Origin: Bacteroidales bacterium
GTDB taxonomy: Bacteria > Bacteroidota > Bacteroidia > Bacteroidales > UBA12077
Direction: 5' to 3'
DNA: 64,000 nt
Assembly: GCA_003446015.1 (NCBI GenBank)
Contig: DMBU01000054.1
Coordinates: forward strand, 1,121-65,120
The notes beneath the pieces were generated by a model. The model did no database searches and had not been told where the DNA came from. It saw only the letters and a program-made list of their open reading frames with translations. Both the position numbers and the translations under genes were made by a program. Shown piece by piece: positions 49,132 through 59,780 of this stretch. Every line of letters starts with the position of its first letter. Positions within the stretch are counted from its first letter, which is position 1.

Positions 49132-50406
49132 ATGCAAATATCTAATAATATGCATATTAATAAACTTTCAATAATAAGTATAATAATAGTAATTTTTATT
49201 TTTGTAAGTTTTTTTAAATCTTCTGAAAGTAGTATTGTTTCTAGAAACAAGAATATTTATGCTGTTGGAATTGATCAAAATATAATTTATTATGATATTA
49301 AAAAAGAGTACGATATCACAATAGATTCTTTTAACATATCTCAAAATCGTATTAAGAGAAATTATAATCTTGCAAAGTTACTCTTTGAGGCTGGCCTCGA
49401 CAATGATAAAATAGAGAAAGCCACGGCACGATCGGCTGAGGTTTTTGATACCCGGAAAATGAAAGCTGGCAATTATTACCGATTATATTACACTAAAGAT
49501 AGTTCAAATACGCTCAAATATTTTGTTTACAAACATAGTCCCACAGAATATCTAAAGATTTCGTTTGGAGATGAACCCCGGGCTTTACAGGGTGAAAAGG
49601 AAATTGAGAACATTAAAAAAACTTGCTCAGGAACAGTCTCATCGTCACTTTGGGCAACCATGATTGAAAACAACCTTGATCCTATGATGGCAATACGATT
49701 ATCAGAAATTTATGCCTGGACCGTTGATTTCTTTGGATTAGAGGAAGGTGATCAGTTTAAAGTAATATACGATGAACAATTTGTAGATAGTATTCCAATT
49801 GGTATAGGTAGAATATATGCCGCAAGTTTTACACATAAAGGAGAGAATCTTCTGGCTTACGAATATGAAAAAGATGGGGTGAAAAGTTTTTTCGACGAAA
49901 ATGGTAAAAGTTTGCGAAGAGAATTTCTTAAAGCACCATTGAGATTCTCAAGAATAAGCTCAGGATTTTCCAATAGCAGAATGCATCCAATATTGAGGAT
50001 TCGTCGTCCACATTCAGGTGTTGATTATGCGGCTCCTGCAGGTACTCCTATATATACCATTGGCGATGGTACCGTTATTGCTAAGGGTTATACAAAATCG
50101 GCCGGAAATTACATTAAAATAAGGCATAATAGCGTATATACATCCGGTTATAACCACCTGTCAAGATACCCTAAAGGAATTAAAACAGGACAACGTGTTT
50201 CTCAGGGTCAAATAATTGGTTATGTAGGAAGCACTGGATACGCTACCGGACCGCATCTCGATTTTAGAATGTGGAAAAATGGCCATGCAGTTGATCCATT
50301 AAAAATTAAGGCTCCTCCGGTTAAACCAATCTCAGATGATGAGCTCCCTGTATATAAACTGGCCATTCATCGCTTAACGCAAGAATTAGACAAAAGTGAT
50401 TCTTAA
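49132..50406 (+). CDS. M23-family metallopeptidase
   Basis: Has HSGVDYAAPAGTPIYTIGDGTV and GSTGYATGPHLDFRMW (HxxxD and HxH LytM motifs) and an N-terminal membrane anchor. An alternative start is at 49150. Confidence 0.85.
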   Translation: MQISNNMHINKLSIISIIIVIFIFVSFFKSSESSIVSRNKNIYAVGIDQNIIYYDIKKEYDITIDSFNISQNRIKRNYNLAKLLFEAGLDNDKIEKATARSAEVFDTRKMKAGNYYRLYYTKDSSNTLKYFVYKHSPTEYLKISFGDEPRALQGEKEIENIKKTCSGTVSSSLWATMIENNLDPMMAIRLSEIYAWTVDFFGLEEGDQFKVIYDEQFVDSIPIGIGRIYAASFTHKGENLLAYEYEKDGVKSFFDENGKSLRREFLKAPLRFSRISSGFSNSRMHPILRIRRPHSGVDYAAPAGTPIYTIGDGTVIAKGYTKSAGNYIKIRHNSVYTSGYNHLSRYPKGIKTGQRVSQGQIIGYVGSTGYATGPHLDFRMWKNGHAVDPLKIKAPPVKPISDDELPVYKLAIHRLTQELDKSDS

Positions 50407-50631
50407 TTAATATAATGTTTGTTTATACATATGGTTGTGAAGCATATGAAGGGTTATTTAGTTTAAAATATCTTTTTATGCTTACAGATTTTGTGGCTTG
50501 ATAAGTTGTAATTCTTAAAGTGTAGCAAAGAGACTTCATTATAAGGCATTTAAATGCAAAAGTTCTTATTAAAATCTATTTGGCTTGAAATTTGTTTAGG
50601 TTAAATGAATTTAAAAGAAAGGGCATGCATT

Positions 50632-51807
50632 ATGAAAACAATTATAAGCAGTTTTATTTTAACATTGATGTTTTTTAATGTTACAATAGGTCAGGATGTA
50701 ACTACAGTTGAAGCTAAAAACACTGATATTAGTGAGAATCTTGATTTAGAAGCTGTAGCTTCCTTATTTGGTGAGTCAGAAGATCTGGAAGATTTTGAAT
50801 ACAAATTAAATGATCCAGAATTAAAAATCTCAAATTTAGATCTAAATGGAGATGGTTACGTTGATTATCTTCGGGTTATAGAAGATTCAGAGAACCGAAC
50901 TGTTTTAATAACTATTCAGGCTATCCTGGGTAAGGATATTTATCAGGATGTTGCAACAATCGATGTTGAGAAGGATAATCAGGGAAAAACTCGCGTTCAG
51001 GTTATTGGCGATGTTTATATGTATGGTCCTGATTATATTATAGAACCTGTTTACATCTATTCACCTCCAGTAGTATTGCATTTCTGGAGTCCCAATTATC
51101 GTCCCTGGTATTCTCCTTACTATTGGTATCATTATCCGGAACATTATTATGCATGGCAACCATATTCATGTCATGTTTATCGTAACAACGTCTATGTGCA
51201 TATAAATGTTAATCATCGATATTATTATCCAGGTTATAGAAGAAGCACAACGGCTACTCATATTCATAGTAGGATTGGACGAAATGATTATGCAAGAAGA
51301 TATCCTGAGAGGTCATTCTCTTCCAGAAATACCGGAATAAGAAATTCTAATGAACTTCGGGGTAGAACAAATACTCAAGCATCAGCAGGGAGATCAGTTC
51401 ATACAGGAAGAACCTCAAACACAAGAGATCTGAATGAGAATAGATCAAATGCTTACAGATCTTCAAATTACGAAAGATCTTCCGGAACAAGAAATCAAAC
51501 TGATAATGGTTCTGTTTCAAGAACAAATACAAGAAACAAACAAATTAGTAATAAAAATACAAACAGAGGCTCGGGCAATAGGCAATTACAAGGAGGTACA
51601 AGCCATGAGAGAAATACTCAAGTTAAAGGAACACCGGGGAGGCAGTCTAGTTCAGGGCACTCAAGATCAGGACAAGGGCAGGTAAAGCAATCCGGTTCAA
51701 AACAAACAGTTCAAAGCAGAAAAAGCAGTTCTGGTGAGTCTTCAGGACAAAGATCAGGGAATGGTAATTCAAACTCTAATGGGAAAGGAAGAAGTAAAAG
51801 AAGATAA
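50632..51807 (+). CDS. hypothetical secreted protein with a DxNxDG Ca-binding-like loop and a long Ser/Arg/Asn/Gly-rich tail
   Basis: Signal peptide MKTIISSFILTLMFFNVTIGQ, a LDLNGDGYVDYL loop, and a C-terminal ~180-aa low-complexity basic region. The track start is 50605. Confidence 0.55.
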   Translation: MKTIISSFILTLMFFNVTIGQDVTTVEAKNTDISENLDLEAVASLFGESEDLEDFEYKLNDPELKISNLDLNGDGYVDYLRVIEDSENRTVLITIQAILGKDIYQDVATIDVEKDNQGKTRVQVIGDVYMYGPDYIIEPVYIYSPPVVLHFWSPNYRPWYSPYYWYHYPEHYYAWQPYSCHVYRNNVYVHINVNHRYYYPGYRRSTTATHIHSRIGRNDYARRYPERSFSSRNTGIRNSNELRGRTNTQASAGRSVHTGRTSNTRDLNENRSNAYRSSNYERSSGTRNQTDNGSVSRTNTRNKQISNKNTNRGSGNRQLQGGTSHERNTQVKGTPGRQSSSGHSRSGQGQVKQSGSKQTVQSRKSSSGESSGQRSGNGNSNSNGKGRSKRR

Positions 51808-51843
51808 ATTATATATCGATATTTATTCTAATTAAACCTGTGA

Positions 51844-52563
51844 ATGATGAAAAAACGAAAAAACGCTGGTAAATCAAGATTTTATATCTTAGTTACCACA
51901 GCATTATTTGGAGTCTTGACTTCATGTTCTCCGGAATACATCCCCAATATGGTAAACTCTCCCATGTTAAGTAATCAGGGCGAATTTCAGGCAACGATTG
52001 CAACTGGAACAAGTAATTTTGATGCACAAACGGCTTTTGCAATTACCGATAATATTGGAATTATGGTTAATGGAAGCTTTGGTGATGAAACGAATGATTC
52101 AACAAGTGATTTTCACAAACACGCCATTATTGAAGGAGGTATTGGATATTACGATAAGATTGGGAGCAAGGGCAGGTACGAAATTTATGGCGGATATGGT
52201 CTGGGTAAAGTGGAAGGTTTTTATGAGGGAGCAACTTTCGATTCTCAAATTACCGATGCTCGATTTAACAGATTCTTTATTCAACCCGGGATTGGAATAT
52301 CAACAGGAATTTATGATGGTAGTTTTTCACCTCGATTCTCCTTAGTTCAGATGAATCCTAATGGTGCCGATTTTAAATCAGGACAATACAATGTCTTTTT
52401 TGAACCGGTTATTACCTCAAAAGTTGGGTTTAAATACGTAAAGTTTGTGTTTCAGTTTGGGGTATCACTTCCTTTTGGAGAAGATAATCTCAACTACGAT
52501 TATCAGCCTTTTATTATGAATATAGGATTAAATGTTAATTTAGGAAGAAAATACGATTTTTAA
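51844..52563 (+). CDS. hypothetical lipoprotein, beta-barrel-like
   Basis: 239-aa ORF with the lipobox LTSC, an alternating Gly/aromatic pattern and a terminal aromatic residue (...RKYDF). Confidence 0.5.
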   Translation: MMKKRKNAGKSRFYILVTTALFGVLTSCSPEYIPNMVNSPMLSNQGEFQATIATGTSNFDAQTAFAITDNIGIMVNGSFGDETNDSTSDFHKHAIIEGGIGYYDKIGSKGRYEIYGGYGLGKVEGFYEGATFDSQITDARFNRFFIQPGIGISTGIYDGSFSPRFSLVQMNPNGADFKSGQYNVFFEPVITSKVGFKYVKFVFQFGVSLPFGEDNLNYDYQPFIMNIGLNVNLGRKYDF

Positions 52564-53126
52564 TCATTTAATAAATTTTCAATAACGCTCGGAAAGTGCA
52601 TGTATTCTAATTCATGCACTTTCTTTGCTACGTCTTCTGCGGTATCATTTGGTAAAACAGGACATTTAGCTTGAAAAATAAGTTCTCCTTTATCAAATTC
52701 TTTATTTACAAAATGAATACTGATTCCGGTTTCGTTTTCCTGATTTGCAACAATAGATTCATGGACTTTCATTCCATACATCCCTTTACCACCATATTTT
52801 GGTAATAAGGCTGGATGAATATTGATAATTTTATTGGGGTAAGCTTCAATTAAATATTCAGGAATTAACCATAAAAAACCTGCAAGAACAATGTAATCAA
52901 TTTTGTTTTCACGAAGAATTTGTAATATGTTTTTACTTTCATAAAAATCTGGTCGAGAAAAAATATAGTGTTGTATCCTATGATTTTTAGCCCTTTGTAT
53001 AACATAGGCATTTTTATTATTCGAAAAAATTAAAGAGATCTCAATTTTTTTATTTCCTTTGAAAAACTTTATAATGTTTTCGGCATTCGTGCCTGAACCT
53101 GATGCAAATATTGCTATTTTGTTCAT
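52560..53126 (-). CDS. purN: phosphoribosylglycinamide formyltransferase
   Basis: 188-aa ORF with IAIFASGSGTNAE, NIHPALLPKYGG and the length expected of PurN. Confidence 0.9.
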   Translation of the reverse strand: MNKIAIFASGSGTNAENIIKFFKGNKKIEISLIFSNNKNAYVIQRAKNHRIQHYIFSRPDFYESKNILQILRENKIDYIVLAGFLWLIPEYLIEAYPNKIINIHPALLPKYGGKGMYGMKVHESIVANQENETGISIHFVNKEFDKGELIFQAKCPVLPNDTAEDVAKKVHELEYMHFPSVIENLLND

Positions 53127-53324
53127 TCCTAAAATATTATGGGTGTACTCAAGTTCTTTGTATCGTGAGATTGTTGAAAATTTTAATGCAAAAATCGCTT
53201 TAAAAATTTAAAAAAAGCTATTTTTGCAACAAAAAATAGGGAAATATTTTTGATTTATCACAGTTAATTATATTTCTTTGCACTGTTAAAAATTAAACTT
53301 AATTATTAATTAAAACTTAAAGTT

Positions 53325-53561
53325 ATGTCTGATACTGCATCAAGAGTAAAAGCTATTATCGTTGATAAGTTAGGAGTTGACGAAAACGAAGTAACACCAG
53401 AAGCTAGTTTTACTAACGACTTAGGTGCTGACTCTCTTGACACTGTTGAGTTAATTATGGAATTCGAAAAAGAATTCAATATTTCTATTCCAGATGATCA
53501 AGCTGAAAACATCAGCACTGTTGGTGATGCCATTAATTATATTGAAGAGCACGCTAAGTAA
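53325..53561 (+). CDS. acpP: acyl carrier protein
   Basis: 78-aa ORF with the [16 protein letters not shown] phosphopantetheine-attachment motif. Confidence 0.95.
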   Translation: MSDTASRVKAIIVDKLGVDENEVTPEASFTNDLGADSLDTVELIMEFEKEFNISIPDDQAENISTVGDAINYIEEHAK

Positions 53562-53600
53562 TTTTTAATATTATTAAATCTTGTTTTAAATTTATTTGTT

Positions 53601-54854
53601 ATGGAATTCAAACGTGTTGTAATTACTGGTCTTGGAGCTATTACTCCAATAGGAAACAATGTTGAAGAATATTGGAAAAATTTAATGGATGGAGTAAGTG
53701 GTTCAAATATGATTACTCACTTTGATGCATCTAAATTTAAAACAAGATTTGCTTGCGAAGTTAAAAACTTTGACTCAAATCAACATTTCGACAGAAAAGA
53801 GGCTAGAAAGCTGGATCGTTTTGCTCAGTTTGCTTTAGTAGTAGCTGAACAAGCAATTCAAGATTCAAAGCTTAACCTGGAAACTATTAATCATGATAGG
53901 GCAGGTGTGATTTGGGGATCAGGCATTGGAGGAATTGATACTTTTTTGGAAGAAGTTAGGAGCTATGCTAATGGTGATGGTACACCGCGCTTTAGTCCTT
54001 TCTTTATTCCGAAAATGATTTCGGATATTGCCGCTGGGCATATATCTATAAAATACAGTTTTAGAGGACCTAATTTTACTACCGTTTCTGCATGTGCTTC
54101 ATCAACAAATGCTATGATCGATGCACTAAACTATATTCGATTAGGGAAAGCTGACATATTCATTACCGGAGGTTCTGAAGCTTCAATTAATGAAGCTGGA
54201 ATGGGCGGCTTTAGTTCTATGCAAGCTATTTCAACTCGAAACGAAGAATATCAAACAGCTTCTCGTCCATTCTGTAGTACTCGTGATGGTTTTGTAATGG
54301 GAGAAGGTGGTGCTGCTTTAATTTTTGAAGAATTAGAACATGCTAAAAAACGTGGTGCTAAAATATATGCTGAAGTTGCAGGTGGAGGTTTATCTGCAGA
54401 TGCATATCATCTTACTGCTCCACACCCTGATGGACTAGGCGCTATGAATGTAATGAAAAATGCACTTAGCGATGCTAATTTAAAGCCAGAGGATATTGAT
54501 TATATCAATGTTCATGGTACTGCTACTCCACTTGGAGATGTTGCAGAATTGAAGGGAATAAAAGAAGTGTTTGGAGATCAGGCTTATAAACTGAATGTAA
54601 GCTCTACCAAATCAATGACTGGTCACTTACTGGGCGCAGCTGGTGCAATTGAAATTTTAGCTGCATTATGTGCAATAGTTAATGGAGTGGTACCTCCTAC
54701 AATTAACTTACAGGAACTTGATCCGAATATTGATAGCAGATGGAACCTGACATTACACAAAGCTCAAAAAAGAGATGTTAGAGCTGCTTTAAGCAATACT
54801 TTTGGCTTTGGTGGTCATAATGCTTCGGTTATCCTTAAAAAATATACAGAATAA
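53601..54854 (+). CDS. fabF: beta-ketoacyl-ACP synthase II
   Basis: 417-aa ORF with the active-site Cys context SACASS, HGTATPLGD, and GHLLGAAG...FGFGGHN. Adjacent to acpP. Confidence 0.9.
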   Translation: MEFKRVVITGLGAITPIGNNVEEYWKNLMDGVSGSNMITHFDASKFKTRFACEVKNFDSNQHFDRKEARKLDRFAQFALVVAEQAIQDSKLNLETINHDRAGVIWGSGIGGIDTFLEEVRSYANGDGTPRFSPFFIPKMISDIAAGHISIKYSFRGPNFTTVSACASSTNAMIDALNYIRLGKADIFITGGSEASINEAGMGGFSSMQAISTRNEEYQTASRPFCSTRDGFVMGEGGAALIFEELEHAKKRGAKIYAEVAGGGLSADAYHLTAPHPDGLGAMNVMKNALSDANLKPEDIDYINVHGTATPLGDVAELKGIKEVFGDQAYKLNVSSTKSMTGHLLGAAGAIEILAALCAIVNGVVPPTINLQELDPNIDSRWNLTLHKAQKRDVRAALSNTFGFGGHNASVILKKYTE

Positions 54855-54862
54855 AAAATTTT

Positions 54863-55603
54863 GTGTTTAAAGGTTTACCTCCTGTAAAATATTATTTTTC
54901 AAAAAGCAAGAAATTTTATAATCTGATTTTTCAGCTTACTGGAATTTATCCATCAAATATTCAGGTTTATAAAATTGCCTTTACACACAAGTCTGCTTCA
55001 AGAAATATTGATAGTACAAAGAAAATCAATAATGAGAGGTTGGAATTTTTAGGTGATGCTATTCTAGCCTCAATCATTGCAGATTACCTCTATTCATATT
55101 TCCCATACCGAAGAGAAGGCTTCCTGACAAAAATGCGTGCAAGAATTGTTAGTCGTGAACAATTAAACGAGATTGCACTAAGCATGGGCTTACAGTTTCA
55201 TGTCGTTTCACAAAATAAAATAACTGGCACAAAGAATATTTATGGTAATGCTTTAGAAGCACTTATCGGTGCTATTTATGTGGATAAGGGTTATGAAAGA
55301 ACAAAGAAATTTGTCCTAAAACGAATTCTTGATAAAAATATTGATCTGCAAGAACTGGCAGTAAACGACTCCGATTATAAAAGCCAGGTTATTGAATGGG
55401 CTCAGAAAAACAAAATTGGATTAGTATTTGAAGACGAGGAAGTTGAAAGTACTGATCAAACTAATTTATATTTTACTTCTACAATCAAGTTAGATAATCA
55501 GGTTATCGGAACAGGAAAAGGTTACTCAAAAAAGGAAGCCCAGCAAAATGCATCCAAAGAAGCATTAAATCATAACGACGATATTGAGGTTTTAATCAAT
55601 TAA
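54863..55603 (+). CDS. rnc: ribonuclease III
   Basis: Has the NERLEFLGDAIL signature and a C-terminal dsRBD (GKGYSKKEAQQNASKEAL). GTG start as in the track. Confidence 0.9.
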   Translation: MFKGLPPVKYYFSKSKKFYNLIFQLTGIYPSNIQVYKIAFTHKSASRNIDSTKKINNERLEFLGDAILASIIADYLYSYFPYRREGFLTKMRARIVSREQLNEIALSMGLQFHVVSQNKITGTKNIYGNALEALIGAIYVDKGYERTKKFVLKRILDKNIDLQELAVNDSDYKSQVIEWAQKNKIGLVFEDEEVESTDQTNLYFTSTIKLDNQVIGTGKGYSKKEAQQNASKEALNHNDDIEVLIN

Positions 55604-55665
55604 CATTATTTGTTATTAGATATAGTGCTTAAATATTCCTATTTTTATTTCAGATATAAAGTTTA

Positions 55666-56097
55666 ATGGTAACAAAGAAAAAGATTCATAAATTAGCATT
55701 TGAAGTTGAAAGTGATTTTAGTCTAATTGGAATTGCGTCACATGAAAATGACTATAGATTAAGTTGGGCGATTAATAAAACACTTCATTTGGACTTGATA
55801 AAAGTTGAAGATTTATCTTTAAATCATCCTAAACATAAAATTAATACGAATTATTCGATGTATTATTTCGAAGACGAAAATAATTATATTTCTTATAATT
55901 TAATTTCAAATAAGTCGGAAAAAGGATTCTTAATGCCGGAAATGAAAAATATTGATTTTATACTTCGGATTTCTGGCTCTCCCGATGCAACTTTCACTGA
56001 TGAATTAGTAAAAAAATTGAAAAAGATAGATATTATAATAACCGCTTTTTTAATTGATGATTTGCAGGAGCGACTGCATAATGTATTTGCATTCTGA
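55666..56097 (+). CDS. hypothetical protein, resembles the Bacteroidota IPExxxVDY family
   Basis: 143-aa ORF containing MPEMKNIDFIL (P-E-x-x-x-I-D-F). It lies downstream of rnc, where I recall this family being found. Confidence 0.4.
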   Translation: MVTKKKIHKLAFEVESDFSLIGIASHENDYRLSWAINKTLHLDLIKVEDLSLNHPKHKINTNYSMYYFEDENNYISYNLISNKSEKGFLMPEMKNIDFILRISGSPDATFTDELVKKLKKIDIIITAFLIDDLQERLHNVFAF

Positions 56098-56113
56098 GTA
56101 CCTCCTAAAAATC

Positions 56114-56141
56114 AAAAAGAGAGACTCTCATCTCTCTTTTT
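56114..56141 (+). terminator. rho-independent terminator
   Basis: AGAGAGA / TCTCTCT hairpin flanked by an A-run and a T-run. Confidence 0.7.
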
Positions 56142-56297
56142 ATAACCCTAAAATATAAACCTATGTGACAATCTTTCTTGCATTACCTAATTGTCACTAC
56201 AAAAGTATGGCTTACTTTGGTTAAGTTATTTAAACCTTTGTTAAATAATGTTAAAGAATTCATTTAGAATGAATCAAGCGACTATATTTGTAATGCT

Positions 56298-57884
56298 ATG
56301 CAAAAAAGATCACTCTGGATTATAACAATAATACTTTCATTAACGCTCATATGTCTAATATTTGTTCAGGCATATTGGATAAATAACGCTATTAAGATTA
56401 AAGAAGAGCAATTTCAGCAGATTGTGAATAAGGGTTTGGATAATATTGTAAAAGAGATTGAAAATCGGGAAATGGTATATCAGGTAGTAAATGAGATGGA
56501 GCCTTACCAGGATGTTTCACCATCGGGTCATCCATCTATAAACTATCGCTCAAATAGTTTAGTGCAGAGTGCATTCGGATTATCGGCTACTGATGAGGAA
56601 AAAGAAGTTTTTGTTATCCATAATACTGACTCATTAAACATAAGTTCACAATTAAAATTATTAGGTAACAATGTAATGCAGCTTAATAAAAAATCGGCTT
56701 TTCAGTTTGATAATGCATCTAAGAAAGAAAGCTTTGGTAATTTGAAACTTAATATCGATTTTAACGAAAAGTTAAATAACAGAACGGTATTTGTTGAAAA
56801 TGTGGTAAATAAATTAATTCAGATTGATGTTGAAATTGAAGATAGAATAGACAAAGAAACGATTGAACAAATAATAAAAAATACTTTTCAGGAGCTTGGA
56901 ATAGATATTGATTATGAGTATGTTGTTGCAAAGAATAAATATAAAGCCGTTTATAACTCCAAAAACTATAATGCAACCGCAAAGTCGAAAAAGTATACAG
57001 CAAAGCTTTTCCCTAATGATATTCAGGATAAAAACAATCTGTTATACGTATATTTCCCTGAGCAAAGAAATTATATATTGAAATCAACAGGATTCATGGC
57101 TTTTTCTTCTACATTGTTAACCATTATTATCATATTGGGATTCTCGATTACGATTCATATAATGTTTAAGCAAAAAAGACTCTCACAAATAAAAAACGAT
57201 TTTGTAAATAATATGACTCACGAGTTAAAGACACCAATTTCAACAATTTCTTTAGCATCGCAAATGTTAAAGGATGATTCTATTCCTTTTGAGTCTAAAA
57301 ACATTAACTATATCTCAAGCATTATTGATGATGAAAGCAAGCGTTTAAGTTATCAGGTTGAGAAAGTGCTTAAAACTGCGCTTTTTGAACAAGGACAAAT
57401 TAAACTAAAATATAAGGAGTTAAATATTCATAGAATTATTGAAAATGTAATTAAGAATTTTGAAATTCAGGTAAAATCCCGAAATGGCGAACTTTCTAAA
57501 AAATTAGAAGCATCCAATCCGATTTTATTAATTGATGAAGTTCATTTTACAAATATTATTTTTAACTTGCTTGATAATGCAGTAAAATATAGCAACGAAA
57601 GCCCAAAAATAACAGTATCAACAGAACAAGTGAAAAATGGGCTTAGCATTTTTATCGCAGATCAGGGTATAGGGATTAAAAAGCAAGATCAGAAAAGAGT
57701 ATTTGATCAATTTTATAGGGTGCCAACCGGGAATGTACATGATGTTAAAGGATTCGGATTAGGATTGAGTTATGTAAAGAAGATTGTTGAGGCACATAAT
57801 GGACAGATTACCTTAAAATCAGAATTTAAAAAGGGAACAACTTTTGAGATATTTATTCCAACTAATAATATAGACAATGGATGA
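56298..57884 (+). CDS. sensor histidine kinase
   Basis: 528-aa ORF with two TM segments, the H-box FVNNMTHELKTPIS, the N-box LLDNAVKY, DQGIGI and GFGLGLSYV. Confidence 0.85.
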   Translation: MQKRSLWIITIILSLTLICLIFVQAYWINNAIKIKEEQFQQIVNKGLDNIVKEIENREMVYQVVNEMEPYQDVSPSGHPSINYRSNSLVQSAFGLSATDEEKEVFVIHNTDSLNISSQLKLLGNNVMQLNKKSAFQFDNASKKESFGNLKLNIDFNEKLNNRTVFVENVVNKLIQIDVEIEDRIDKETIEQIIKNTFQELGIDIDYEYVVAKNKYKAVYNSKNYNATAKSKKYTAKLFPNDIQDKNNLLYVYFPEQRNYILKSTGFMAFSSTLLTIIIILGFSITIHIMFKQKRLSQIKNDFVNNMTHELKTPISTISLASQMLKDDSIPFESKNINYISSIIDDESKRLSYQVEKVLKTALFEQGQIKLKYKELNIHRIIENVIKNFEIQVKSRNGELSKKLEASNPILLIDEVHFTNIIFNLLDNAVKYSNESPKITVSTEQVKNGLSIFIADQGIGIKKQDQKRVFDQFYRVPTGNVHDVKGFGLGLSYVKKIVEAHNGQITLKSEFKKGTTFEIFIPTNNIDNG

Positions 57885-58569
57885 AAATAATGTAAAAATT
57901 TTATTAGCCGAGGATGATGAAAACCTTGGTTCTTTATTGCGAGAATATTTAATAGCTAAAAGCTTTAAAACAAATTTATTTGTGAATGGAGAGCTAGCTC
58001 TTGCAGGATTTAAAAAAGAAAAATATGACATTTGTATTCTTGATGTTATGATGCCTAAAATGGATGGTTTTACGTTAGCTCGGGAAATTAGAAAAATCAA
58101 TGTAAATGTCCCTTTCATTTTTCTAACAGCAAAATCGTTAAAAGATGATGTAATTGAAGGTTTTAGCTTAGGAGCCGATGATTATATGACCAAACCGTTT
58201 AGTATGGAAGAGTTGCTTTTTAGAATAAAAGCCATTTTACGAAGATCAAATCATAATAATAACTCCGAATCTAATGAAAAATATATTGTTGGAGAATATG
58301 AATTTGATTCTCAAAAACAAATTTTAAAGCATGCGGATAAAGAGCAAAAATTAACAACCAAAGAATCAGATTTATTGAAATTGCTATGCAACAATATGAA
58401 TAATGTGCTTGAAAGAAATTTTGCATTAAAAACCATATGGCAGGAAGATAGTTATTTTAATGCACGAAGCATGGATGTTTATATTACAAAACTCAGAAAA
58501 TACCTGAAAGAGGATTCTTCAATACAGATTCTAAATATTCATGGTAAGGGGTATAAACTTATTGTTTAA
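57877..58569 (+). CDS. OmpR-family response regulator
   Basis: 230-aa ORF with a receiver domain (ILLAEDDE...ILDVMMPKMDG...LTAK) and a winged-helix output domain. Overlaps the kinase stop by 8 nt. Confidence 0.85.
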   Translation: MDENNVKILLAEDDENLGSLLREYLIAKSFKTNLFVNGELALAGFKKEKYDICILDVMMPKMDGFTLAREIRKINVNVPFIFLTAKSLKDDVIEGFSLGADDYMTKPFSMEELLFRIKAILRRSNHNNNSESNEKYIVGEYEFDSQKQILKHADKEQKLTTKESDLLKLLCNNMNNVLERNFALKTIWQEDSYFNARSMDVYITKLRKYLKEDSSIQILNIHGKGYKLIV

Positions 58570-58617
58570 AACCAAAATTTGAAATTGAATTGATAATTGT
58601 AAATTACTAATTCTAAG

Positions 58618-59160
58618 ATGATCGATCAGGAGAAAAAGGAATTACGAAGGCAAATAAAGGAACTAAAACAGAAAGTTTCAACTGAGGATAAAAAAATAAA
58701 ATCGTTAATTATTTTCAGAAAAATAGAAAAACTAAACGAGTTTAAAACCTCAAAAACAGTAATGGTATACTGGTCGATGGACGATGAGGTTTATACTCAC
58801 GATTTTGTTTTAAAATGGCATAAAGAAAAAGTAATTATTTTGCCTGTTGTAAAGGAGGATGAGCTTGAATTGAGAATCTTTACCGGTAAAGACAATATGG
58901 CTACTGGACAATCTTTTGGAATTAGTGAGCCGAAAGGAGAAAAGTTTAATAAGCCTGAAGATATTGATTTAGTAATAGTTCCGGGAATAGCATTCGATAG
59001 TAATAATAATCGATTGGGTAGAGGCAAGGCTTATTATGATAAACTTCTAAAGAAAACAAAGGCATATAAAATTGGAATTTGTTTTGATTTCCAGCTTATT
59101 GAATCTGTTCCGGTTGATGAGCATGATGTAAAAATGGATCTGGTTATTTCAAATAAATAG
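58618..59160 (+). CDS. 5-formyltetrahydrofolate cyclo-ligase
   Basis: 180-aa ORF. VPGIAFDSNNNRLGRGKAYYD is the family signature. Confidence 0.8.
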   Translation: MIDQEKKELRRQIKELKQKVSTEDKKIKSLIIFRKIEKLNEFKTSKTVMVYWSMDDEVYTHDFVLKWHKEKVIILPVVKEDELELRIFTGKDNMATGQSFGISEPKGEKFNKPEDIDLVIVPGIAFDSNNNRLGRGKAYYDKLLKKTKAYKIGICFDFQLIESVPVDEHDVKMDLVISNK

Positions 59161-59161
59161 A

Positions 59162-59689
59162 ATGCCTGAAAGAACAACACACTCAAAACAGCTTTTTAGT
59201 GAAATTGATGTCACTCCGGATTACATTGCTCCAATTATTGTAGGCTATGATATTAAAACCCCTGAAAATATGGGTAATATTATTCGTTTAGCCGATAATT
59301 TTGGATCAAAGTTACTCCTGTTTGTAACAAATTTGGAGCATACTAGAAACTCAAGAATTAAAAAAACCGCATCGTCAAGTTTTAGTTCTGTGAATTGGAG
59401 TTTTTGCAAGGAAGAAGAATTAAAATCGATATTACCACAAGATTATAAATGGATTGCAATTGAAACTTCAAGTGATTCAGAAAATATTTACAATGTTGAT
59501 TTTCCAAAAAAAATTGTATTATTTGTAGGCAATGAAATAAACGGGATCAATTCAATGCTGCTTGATAAATGTTATAAAATTGTGCATATTCCTGTACATG
59601 GGAATAATACCTCTATGAATGTATCTCATGCATTAGCTATAGCTCTCTCTGAAGTCCAAAAAAATCATCTGTACGGTAACCCTGCATGA
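59162..59689 (+). CDS. TrmH/SpoU-family RNA 2'-O-methyltransferase
   Basis: 175-aa ORF with the PENMGNIIRLADNFG, VGNEINGI and SMNVSHALAIAL SpoU motifs. Confidence 0.75.
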   Translation: MPERTTHSKQLFSEIDVTPDYIAPIIVGYDIKTPENMGNIIRLADNFGSKLLLFVTNLEHTRNSRIKKTASSSFSSVNWSFCKEEELKSILPQDYKWIAIETSSDSENIYNVDFPKKIVLFVGNEINGINSMLLDKCYKIVHIPVHGNNTSMNVSHALAIALSEVQKNHLYGNPA

Positions 59690-59780
59690 CATTATTTGTC
59701 AGGGGGAAACATAAAATTTATTGTCTTTTTCAATTTTTGTATTAACTTTAGGATTCAATTGTATAACCCTAAAAATTAAT

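Noticed and set aside
57819-58118. 99-aa and other antisense or alternate-frame ORFs in the right housekeeping block (45640-45922, 46056-46316, 47036-47239, 47642-47845, 51347-51685, 51998-52345, 52099-52284, 56761-57003, 58797-59027, 60289-60474, 61814-62158)
   Set aside because: They overlap confidently called genes (leuS, the 400-aa and 239-aa proteins, the kinases, the response regulator and the cyclo-ligase).
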